Part shown: positions 56,503-64,000 of the stretch, piece after piece | Layout of the letters: every line of letters starts with the position of its first letter | Position numbering within the stretch: the stretch's first letter is position 1 | Virus record (IMG/VR): IMGVR_UViG_3300014204_000009 | Span: 1-64,000 of that record | DNA: 64,000 nt | Origin: a virus | Taxonomy: Duplodnaviria > Caudoviricetes | Direction: 5' to 3' (one strand) | Made by a program: the position numbers and the translations under genes | The notes under the pieces: model-generated | Told to the model about the DNA's origin: nothing | What the model saw: only the letters and a program-made list of their open reading frames with translations | Databases searched by the model: none

Positions 56503-58668
56503 TTAATCAAATAAACTACCACCACCTTTTTTCAAATCTACTGTTATATTACCTAATATAGTATCTATAATATCCATACATTTCATCTTGTAATAATTAT
56601 AGTTAATTTCATATTCACTAATGTTATCAACAGGATAGAAATCATTGAATATCTTAACAGTATATCCTTTAACCATTTGATGAAGTGAATTATCATTCTT
56701 ATCTCTTTTAATAAGAGTACCTCCTCTTTTAGATACATAATATCTAATAGTTTTTTGAAGTTTAGTAACTTGTAATTCACTTCCAACTATCTTATGAAAT
56801 TCATTTATATAGTTTTTACCTGTCTTAATACTCATACAGAAATCATAAATATCATATTTAGGATCATGTAAAGTAACTTCAATAGGTATCTTTTCAATAA
56901 AGAACTTCTTTATAGCAATAGGTACAATAGGATGCATATAAGCTTTTGATATATCTAATTTATCAGATAAATCACCTTTTGTTTTAAGCTTACCTTTATC
57001 AGATATAGAATAATAATCATTAACAGTAGTTCTACAATAATCAAGATATGTTACAAATTCTAATGATATATTAGTATCAATTTCCCAACTTCTGCATATA
57101 TCATAATACTCTTGTAACCTTACCTTTTCAATTCTAGTAGTAATACCATCAGTATTAGCTGAAATAACATGAAAGTTACTCTCTTCAAGTCTTTCAATTA
57201 ACATAAGTAGATTAAGTTCACCATTAAATGTTACACTAACTAATGCTTTAATATCTCTAAGCCAACTGTATTCACTACCAAATTTACCAAAGAAACCAGC
57301 ATTAGCTACAATCTTCAAAGCTTCAGCACTAATCTTATCTTGTTTAGTTGCAGTTCCAGCTTGTACTCTTGATTTAATATCAAGTCGTCTAGTAACAACC
57401 ATATCAGCAACTCTAATAAAAGCATTAGTTAGATGTCTAGGTTTAATTCCATATTGAACAACCATTCTAGGATAAAATGAATTACCATCAGCATCAATAT
57501 AAGTATAAGTTTCATCTTCTAGAAATCTTCTAGGATCATCTAAACTATGTAAACCTCCACTCATTAGCTTATATCCAGTTCCATTTATAATTACTTTATA
57601 AGCAATTTCATTTGTATAATTGATTACTCTTGCTCCTAAAATATTCATAAATTCACTAAGATATATTCCAGATTTATAAGATCTAAACTTATAGTCTTTC
57701 TGTTCTCCAACTTTATATCCAATTAATACATCACATTTAACTGTATCTCTAAACTTCAATCTAGAGTTAAATGTAGTAGATACTTGAATTGGTTCATCAG
57801 GAGTATAACTTCTACTAAAAGTATAATAATCAATTCCACTATATTCTTCATAGAATTTAGCTAATAAAATATCAGCAACTTTACTTCTACTAGCGTTTAG
57901 TAAATTAACTTTATATAATGCTCCAGTATCAAGTCGCTGTTCAAGTTCATCAAGTTTAGCAAAATATAATCTATGTGTAATAAGATCATCATTAATATTA
58001 TAGTCAATAATGTCTGGTATATGGTTTCCCATTACATAACGCTCAAAAGAATTTAATTTATTGATCTGTTCAGCGGGTAAATCTAAATAGTTAAGTTCTT
58101 CTTCAATACCTGGAAAAGGCATAGTATAATTCTCAATTCTATGCCACTTAAGTGATATTCCAACTTGTTTTAAAGATATAAATAACTTATCTAGATAATG
58201 AAGTTTCATTAAGTCAATAGATCTATATCTATTAGTATTTCTAATACTTTTATTCTTTCTATATTGCCACTTAGGTAAAGTCCAAGTAACAATATCTACT
58301 GAAAGATTATATAATTCAGTATTTATTTCAAGAACAGATTTATCATTAAACTTATTTCTATTAATAAATATAAAATCTAATATGATATCATCATATTCAG
58401 AGTTATTATATCCTATTAAAGTTAAACTTCTACTATTTTCAATCCAAGTTCCTAACCTTTGGAAGTCATTAACTTTAGGATAACCTTCAATATCAGATAT
58501 AATAAACATTTCATAATCAAACTGTTTAAGTAACTGTTGTTTGAGTATCTTTTGTTTATTAATATCTGCTTGAATATATTGATCTATAATCTTTTGATCA
58601 GTATCAATAGATATAAAAGTAGCACAAAAGAAGTTCTTGAATATTTCAATATCATATATATATGGCAT
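56503..58668 (-). CDS. family B DNA polymerase with 3'-5' exonuclease (crAss-like PolB)
   Basis: Exonuclease motifs YDIE, GYN..YD and YN.ND; polymerase motifs D..SFYP, K...N..FG and NTDG. Confidence 0.9.
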   Translation of the reverse strand: MPYIYDIEIFKNFFCATFISIDTDQKIIDQYIQADINKQKILKQQLLKQFDYEMFIISDIEGYPKVNDFQRLGTWIENSRSLTLIGYNNSEYDDIILDFIFINRNKFNDKSVLEINTELYNLSVDIVTWTLPKWQYRKNKSIRNTNRYRSIDLMKLHYLDKLFISLKQVGISLKWHRIENYTMPFPGIEEELNYLDLPAEQINKLNSFERYVMGNHIPDIIDYNINDDLITHRLYFAKLDELEQRLDTGALYKVNLLNASRSKVADILLAKFYEEYSGIDYYTFSRSYTPDEPIQVSTTFNSRLKFRDTVKCDVLIGYKVGEQKDYKFRSYKSGIYLSEFMNILGARVINYTNEIAYKVIINGTGYKLMSGGLHSLDDPRRFLEDETYTYIDADGNSFYPRMVVQYGIKPRHLTNAFIRVADMVVTRRLDIKSRVQAGTATKQDKISAEALKIVANAGFFGKFGSEYSWLRDIKALVSVTFNGELNLLMLIERLEESNFHVISANTDGITTRIEKVRLQEYYDICRSWEIDTNISLEFVTYLDYCRTTVNDYYSISDKGKLKTKGDLSDKLDISKAYMHPIVPIAIKKFFIEKIPIEVTLHDPKYDIYDFCMSIKTGKNYINEFHKIVGSELQVTKLQKTIRYYVSKRGGTLIKRDKNDNSLHQMVKGYTVKIFNDFYPVDNISEYEINYNYYKMKCMDIIDTILGNITVDLKKGGGSLFD

Positions 58669-58671
58669 AAC

Positions 58672-59100
58672 CTAAATTTTAATTTCTTCAATAGATTTTA
58701 TATTATTACCACAAATTATATCATCTCCTTGATAATATCCATCATAAACAGTATCATTAAATTGTATTTTAATAATACATTTATTTGTAGAATGAAAATT
58801 AGAATTATCCCAGTCTATTGCACTATTAAGACGATTTTTACAATCTATAATATTAATATAACATCCAGTATAACCATAAAAGTCTTTTTTAAAGTTAGGA
58901 TTACCAGGTAGTAATAAATCCTTTTTAAAATAATCTGAAAATCGTGTAGCAATACTTTTTCTATATTTAGGTTTAGGTACTAGTCCTGGTTTATATTCAA
59001 TATTAGTTGCAATACTATAGTATTTACCATCTCTAGATTTATATGCAACTTTATATCCAGTTTTAATTTTACTAGGACTATCTAATTTTATTTCACACAT
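58672..59100 (-). CDS. hypothetical protein (paralog of 60640-61056)
   Basis: YKVAYKSRDGKYYSIATNIEYK. Confidence 0.55.
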   Translation of the reverse strand: MCEIKLDSPSKIKTGYKVAYKSRDGKYYSIATNIEYKPGLVPKPKYRKSIATRFSDYFKKDLLLPGNPNFKKDFYGYTGCYINIIDCKNRLNSAIDWDNSNFHSTNKCIIKIQFNDTVYDGYYQGDDIICGNNIKSIEEIKI

Positions 59101-59104
59101 AGTT

Positions 59105-59872
59105 TTAATAATTAATTGAATTTAAATAAGCTTCCATACCTAATTGTTCATACCATTCATAATCATATTTAGGAATATCAATATTATAGAAAGCAGGAAC
59201 TCTTATAATATTGACTTCATGATTAGTAAAGAATTTAGTAATATGATACAATTCATTACTCTCATTTACCATAGAGGCGAGCAGTCTATTAGTAGTAGTA
59301 TAACTATTAACTTCTTCACTAATAAATCCATTTTTATTACTATTATAAATAACAGTAACTTTTAATTTATCCATTACAGGATCAATCTGTTCTCTAGTTA
59401 ACATAGGAGATACAACCTTAGTTAAATTAGATACTTCATAACTAGTAGGATGTACATTACTTCTACCAAATTTAACTATACCAGGTATATTTATACTTGC
59501 TCTAATTAAATCTTCTATATTATTATAATTAAATATGAGAGGTTTAAATATCATCAAAGTATCAATAGTTTTATTAATAAAAGGTTTATTTAAACTATCA
59601 AATATAGCTTTCAACATTAGTTTATTATCTTCAACCTTATAATATTCAGTTCCTTCTTTCTTCCAAAAGTCTTTAATCATTTCACCTAGTTGAATAGGTT
59701 GCATTAGAGTAATAGAACTATAAAGTTGATTAAATAATATACTATTTATATTTCCAATATTAGCACTTATGATAACATGAGGAATACCTTCAAAAGATAA
59801 GTATTCAGCCATAGCACTAGCTTGAGCACCTCCAAAGAAGGATTTACCAGATAAAATTAATATTTTATACAT
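59105..59872 (-). CDS. degenerate patatin-like protein (predicted inactive)
   Basis: ILILSGKSFFGGAQ (Gly-loop), SANIG in place of GxSxG, RASINIPG; no DGG. Confidence 0.55.
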   Translation of the reverse strand: MYKILILSGKSFFGGAQASAMAEYLSFEGIPHVIISANIGNINSILFNQLYSSITLMQPIQLGEMIKDFWKKEGTEYYKVEDNKLMLKAIFDSLNKPFINKTIDTLMIFKPLIFNYNNIEDLIRASINIPGIVKFGRSNVHPTSYEVSNLTKVVSPMLTREQIDPVMDKLKVTVIYNSNKNGFISEEVNSYTTTNRLLASMVNESNELYHITKFFTNHEVNIIRVPAFYNIDIPKYDYEWYEQLGMEAYLNSINY

Positions 59873-60420
59873 TACATTAGTAATTTATATAGTTTGCTAA
59901 TGAATTTAAAATCATTATAAAATTCATTAAATATCTTATGATTATCTTCATTTTTTAATATATATGCAGGATGATAAGTAAAAAAGTAAACTATATCATT
60001 ATTAATAATATATTTACCTCTATATTTACTTATCATTGCATTTTCTTCACCAGTAATTGTTTTTAAAGCAGTATTACCTAATCCAACAATAACTTTAGGA
60101 TTATATAATTTAACTTCAGTCATTAAATATGGAAAACAATTATTTATCTCATGAATATAAGGAGTTCTATTACCAGGTGGTTGACATTTTATAACATTAT
60201 TAATAATAATACCTTTTGATCTATTAATATTAAAATGTTTAAACATTCGATCTAGTAATTTACCAGCTTTACCTACAAAAGGTAATCCTAATCTATCTTC
60301 TGTAGAACCAGGAGCTTCACCAATCATCATTATTTGACAATTAGTGAAATCTCCTGATGGATTAACAATGTTTCTTCGATTAACACAAAGAGAATCACAC
60401 TTAAAACAATTAGTTATCAT
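59872..60420 (-). CDS. uracil-DNA glycosylase family 4 (Fe-S)
   Basis: CFKC..LC, GEAPG..ED..G.PFVG.AG, KCQPPGNR and YHPAY motifs. Confidence 0.9.
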   Translation of the reverse strand: MITNCFKCDSLCVNRRNIVNPSGDFTNCQIMMIGEAPGSTEDRLGLPFVGKAGKLLDRMFKHFNINRSKGIIINNVIKCQPPGNRTPYIHEINNCFPYLMTEVKLYNPKVIVGLGNTALKTITGEENAMISKYRGKYIINNDIVYFFTYHPAYILKNEDNHKIFNEFYNDFKFISKLYKLLM

Positions 60421-60680
60421 TTTATAGTTTTTATTTTAGCCCTGTATATTGCAATATAACTACTATCATCAACAAAATGACCACTTATATAATATGATTT
60501 ATTATCAGGATAATAATTAACCTCATGTAGTTTAATAGATCTTCCTATATAAGCGTTCCTATTATCAAAATGAGCACTATTATTAGTAATATTTACTAAT
60601 TTAACTATATCTCCAGGTTTAAATTTAGTTATCATAACTTTAATTATTAATTTCTTTAATATATTGTATTTTCTTACCAA
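60417..60680 (-). CDS. small KOW/SH3-like protein (likely start at MITKF)
   Basis: FKPGDIVKLV. Confidence 0.45.
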   Translation of the reverse strand: MVRKYNILKKLIIKVMITKFKPGDIVKLVNITNNSAHFDNRNAYIGRSIKLHEVNYYPDNKSYYISGHFVDDSSYIAIYRAKIKTIK

Positions 60681-61056
60681 GAATAACAGGGCTTAATGTT
60701 TTATCTACCATATACTCTCCTGCGTATAATCCAGTAGATAAAACAAGTTTTATAACAACTATATCAAAAGTAGTATCTCTATACCATCCTAATAATTCAT
60801 TCTTATGTATAAAAGCATCATTTTTATCTATATATCCTGCTGTTCTACCTACCATTACAGGTTCAAATGCCCAACCTTTAAGTATATTATCTATAAAATT
60901 ATAAGTCAATCTGATTTGTGATTCAGGAATTGTTACGTTTCCTAATTTATATTCTATTCCAGTAGCAGGACTATAATATTTACCATCCTTTTTACAGGCA
61001 ACTTTATAAACTGTTGCTCTACTTCTTTTATTTATTTTACCAACTATATTGCACAT
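60640..61056 (-). CDS. hypothetical protein (paralog of 58672-59100)
   Basis: YKVACKKDGKYYSPATGIEYK. Confidence 0.55.
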   Translation of the reverse strand: MCNIVGKINKRSRATVYKVACKKDGKYYSPATGIEYKLGNVTIPESQIRLTYNFIDNILKGWAFEPVMVGRTAGYIDKNDAFIHKNELLGWYRDTTFDIVVIKLVLSTGLYAGEYMVDKTLSPVILGKKIQYIKEINN

Positions 61057-61064
61057 AGTTTTAA

Positions 61065-61391
61065 TTATTTATTCCAATTATCAAATATAATAACATATTT
61101 ATCCTTTTTAATAGAATCATCCTTTTCTATAACAAAATGAAATATAAAAGGAGCTTTAGAAGTCTCGCCACAATAAGCAATTTTACCTATTTTACTATAA
61201 GTTTCAATAGTCTGTTCACCTATATACATAAAATACATAGTCCAATATCTTTCTCCAATAGGTTTATCATCTGCCCATATTTTAATTGATTTAAACCAAT
61301 TAATCATAGTACCTACATAATATTTAATTTTTAATTTCATATTATTTAATATTAAATAGTTTATGTAATTTAGCTTTAGTATCAGCATCAA
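61065..61391 (-). CDS. hypothetical protein (likely start at MKLKI)
   Basis: ORF in the packed operon. Confidence 0.4.
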   Translation of the reverse strand: MMLILKLNYINYLILNNMKLKIKYYVGTMINWFKSIKIWADDKPIGERYWTMYFMYIGEQTIETYSKIGKIAYCGETSKAPFIFHFVIEKDDSIKKDKYVIIFDNWNK

Positions 61392-61731
61392 CTAATAAAC
61401 CTTTAACAACTTCATTAAATATTAAACCTTGATAAGTTTCAGCATTAGTAAGTATATATTTAGCAAAAGGTTTATATAATGAACAATTATACCATATAAT
61501 ATCTAAAGTAATAGGAATAATAAGATTAGGATTTTTATCAGAATTTGCCTCTAATCTAAGTTCAGTAAGTGTTCTTCCAATTCTCTTATTAAATTGATCT
61601 TTAATACTACATATTGCTATATTTAATTCTAATTCAGTATAATTTTCATTATATCTACCAGCAATAGTAAATCTAAGTTGTTTGTAATCTTTTAAACAAA
61701 CATATCTATGATAATAATATACTTTTTCCAT
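61342..61731 (-). CDS. small phage protein with a CS.KD.FNKRIGR motif
   Basis: AICSIKDQFNKRIGRTL. Confidence 0.5.
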   Translation of the reverse strand: MEKVYYYHRYVCLKDYKQLRFTIAGRYNENYTELELNIAICSIKDQFNKRIGRTLTELRLEANSDKNPNLIIPITLDIIWYNCSLYKPFAKYILTNAETYQGLIFNEVVKGLLVDADTKAKLHKLFNIK

Positions 61732-61732
61732 T

Positions 61733-62005
61733 TTATTTAATCATTAAACTATCAATTAAATTAGCATTTATTGTAAACTTACCATTTATAGTATAAGTAT
61801 TATCATACATATTAAAATCTGTAATAAGTAAAGTATCTTTATGCATTACTATTTTCTTACCTAAATAAGATTTCATATGAGTAGTTTTAATCCCTTTTTC
61901 TTCAGCATCTTTATCACAATTTCTCAAACATAGAATAATAATTGCAATAACACATAAAATAAATACAACACTTGAAATAAATTCTTTAGTTTCTATATCT
62001 TTCAT
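61733..62005 (-). CDS. membrane-anchored protein
   Basis: N-terminal TM segment FISSVVFILCVIAIIILCL. Confidence 0.5.
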   Translation of the reverse strand: MKDIETKEFISSVVFILCVIAIIILCLRNCDKDAEEKGIKTTHMKSYLGKKIVMHKDTLLITDFNMYDNTYTINGKFTINANLIDSLMIK

Positions 62006-62017
62006 AGTTCTAATTAT

Positions 62018-62275
62018 TTAATATAAATCTTCACTATATAATTCATAACTATCAAGTTTTTTAACTTGTTTAGATTTAATAGCTATTACAGCAGCTTCTT
62101 TTCTACTAACAAATCTACCCTTATTAGTAAGAAAACCTTGATGAAAAGGATTTCTAGAAACATTAACAGATTGCCATAGTATATTAGCATGTCGAAACCC
62201 ACAATAAATAAGTGGTTTTCCAGCCATATCCTTTTCTTCAGGATTATGTATAGCAGCACATAGTATCTTTTCCAT
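62018..62275 (-). CDS. conserved small phage protein
   Basis: ILCAAIH..CGFRH..QGFLT.KGRFVSRKEA..LYSEDLY. Confidence 0.6.
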   Translation of the reverse strand: MEKILCAAIHNPEEKDMAGKPLIYCGFRHANILWQSVNVSRNPFHQGFLTNKGRFVSRKEAAVIAIKSKQVKKLDSYELYSEDLY

Positions 62276-63714
62276 TATAATAATATTATTACTTTATTGC
62301 TAGCACGACTTAATGAGGTATAAATCAGTTTTAGCATCATATCTTTATAATCTTTATTGACATCAGTCCTTTTAAAGTATCTTCCATACTTTTTATAATA
62401 AATGATATCTCTAATATTTATAAACATATTCTCAATAGTTGATCCTTGTAATTTATGAACAGTTACACCATAACCATAATCAATATCCTTTTTAACCCAA
62501 CCTCTTGAATTACCATCAGGTTTAAGTAAAGCAAAATCAACCATAACTAAGTGCATATTCTTAAAGTTATAATATTCCTTCCATCGTTGAGTTCTTAAGC
62601 TAGCATGACTATACATAGCTATTTCATGATAATGATTAAGAATATTATAAAACGTACCAAATGTAGAATGAGTATGATCTACAATCATAATAGTTGTAGG
62701 TTTACCATCAGTAACTGAAATAAGATTTACTATAAATTCTTTAAATCCTAATTCAGAGTATCTTTCATATACATCATCAATAATATAATCTTCACTATTA
62801 ATTAAAATAGGATTCATATTATTATCAACAATATTTTGATATGCCATTAATACATCATTCTTATTAAGTATTGTATGACAATTTGGAATAATTTGATTTC
62901 TAACATATTTATTCCAATTTAGTATGGTCTCGTTAGTATATGCAGCATATTTACAAAAGTCAATATTCTTAGAGAATTGATCACTTTGAAAATAAGCTAC
63001 ACAATTAGATGCAAATTGAGCATCAGGCATAACCATATATCCTACATCTTCTTCTACTATAATATTAGTAGGATTAGATTTAAGAAAATCAATTGAAGTT
63101 AAAGTTCCATTAATAACATCATTTCTAGCTATTGCTAACAATTCTAATAATGGATTACCTTCTTCTTGTCTAACAATATCAGTAAGTTCAAATACATGAG
63201 TCTGATTAAATGTCAGACTCTCTTTCTCACCAACAGGGGGTAATTGATACTTATCTCCAACATATACAATCCTTACATTATACTGTCTAGCTCTGAGTTC
63301 ATTAAGTTTAAATATTCCAGCATTTACTTGAGAACATTCATCTATAATAATAACATCATAATTCTTAATATGAATAGTACCTAAACTATCATACTTAACA
63401 TTATCAATATTAAATGTTTCAAGACTTGTATTAGGTCTTAGTCCATGTAATGCATGAATAGTTCTACCTTTCTGTCCAGTCATAATCTCTATGACACGTA
63501 CAGCTTTATGGGTAGGTGCTGTAACAGCAATTCTCTTACCCCGCATGATGTTCTTGATAAGATAATTTAATATATATGTTTTACCAGTACCAGCAGCACC
63601 AGTAATAGTATATATTAAATCATCTGTATCCCACCATTCAGTAAAATCTCTTATTAGAGCTTCTTGAGAGTTGCTAAAACTATTAGATTGAATAATAGCA
63701 TTTTTAAAGTCCAT
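62275..63714 (-). CDS. Dda/RecD-like SF1B helicase
   Basis: GAAGTGKT, APTHKA, IIDECS, GDKYQLPPV, IVRQ, TVHKLQGST and YTSLSRA motifs. Confidence 0.92.
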   Translation of the reverse strand: MDFKNAIIQSNSFSNSQEALIRDFTEWWDTDDLIYTITGAAGTGKTYILNYLIKNIMRGKRIAVTAPTHKAVRVIEIMTGQKGRTIHALHGLRPNTSLETFNIDNVKYDSLGTIHIKNYDVIIIDECSQVNAGIFKLNELRARQYNVRIVYVGDKYQLPPVGEKESLTFNQTHVFELTDIVRQEEGNPLLELLAIARNDVINGTLTSIDFLKSNPTNIIVEEDVGYMVMPDAQFASNCVAYFQSDQFSKNIDFCKYAAYTNETILNWNKYVRNQIIPNCHTILNKNDVLMAYQNIVDNNMNPILINSEDYIIDDVYERYSELGFKEFIVNLISVTDGKPTTIMIVDHTHSTFGTFYNILNHYHEIAMYSHASLRTQRWKEYYNFKNMHLVMVDFALLKPDGNSRGWVKKDIDYGYGVTVHKLQGSTIENMFINIRDIIYYKKYGRYFKRTDVNKDYKDMMLKLIYTSLSRASNKVIILL

Positions 63715-63720
63715 TATAGA

Positions 63721-63945
63721 TTATTTAGGAAGAGGTTTCATTTCATGTATATTATTATCTAAAGTATCTCTAACTTTATATAATAGACTTCTATAATATA
63801 TATAAGCATGTCTACATTGTTGCATACCTTTAACTTCATGAAGTTTAGATATTCTTTCTGTTAAAAGTGTATCTAATGATTTAATATCTTCATTAACTTC
63901 ATTTAATGTATCTTCTGTAATTTTATAATTTCTCATATTAATCAA
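63721..63945 (-). CDS. hypothetical protein
   Basis: 74-aa ORF. Confidence 0.4.
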   Translation of the reverse strand: MINMRNYKITEDTLNEVNEDIKSLDTLLTERISKLHEVKGMQQCRHAYIYYRSLLYKVRDTLDNNIHEMKPLPK

Positions 63946-64000
63946 TACTTATAGTGTTTACATTAATAGGTTGAATTGTAATATCAGGAATAGTACTATC

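Noticed and set aside
22636-58668. Inteins or group I introns in RNAP, ligase, primase, helicase or PolB
   Set aside because: The ORFs are continuous and of plausible length, and I saw no intein termini or LAGLIDADG motifs. Small insertions cannot be excluded by eye.
1-64000. Genome-wide stop-codon reassignment (TAG or TGA), known in some crAss-like phages
   Set aside because: Very long ORFs are intact in code 11, gene packing is tight, TGA is used in ATGA stop/start overlaps and TAG ends several genes. Only one isolated in-frame TGA was seen.

Overview
AT-rich (roughly 27-30% GC by eye) fragment of a crAss-like phage genome (Crassvirales-like, probably Bacteroidota host), read in the standard genetic code. 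There are two convergent blocks. The + strand (1-34.7 kb) is the late/virion module: fibre-like genes, small membrane proteins, ring/IHF-like/tail-tubular/muzzle genes, three ejection (cargo) proteins, a 3861-aa virion RNA polymerase (DFDID motif) and an M15 peptidase. The - strand (34.8-64 kb) is the early/replication module: Dda-like helicase, UDG, PolB, SF2 helicase, annealing protein, SSB-like protein, primase, ligase, NUDIX, kinase, Gp157, DUF932, dUTPase and HNH, with many small accessory ORFs. Main findings: (1) the first cargo protein looks like a cassette polyprotein, with modules bounded by basic-x-x-GG motifs, two TonB-box-like motifs, and lysozyme-like and zincin modules; (2) a NADAR-like domain is fused near the N-terminus of the virion RNAP; (3) a patatin homolog has lost its catalytic motifs; (4) thyX has lost its whole core to an internal deletion; (5) imperfect inverted repeats enclose the peptidase gene; (6) several paralog expansions of small early proteins; (7) a fibre-like protein carries a Sec signal peptide. 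All family assignments come from motif recognition by eye, with no database search.
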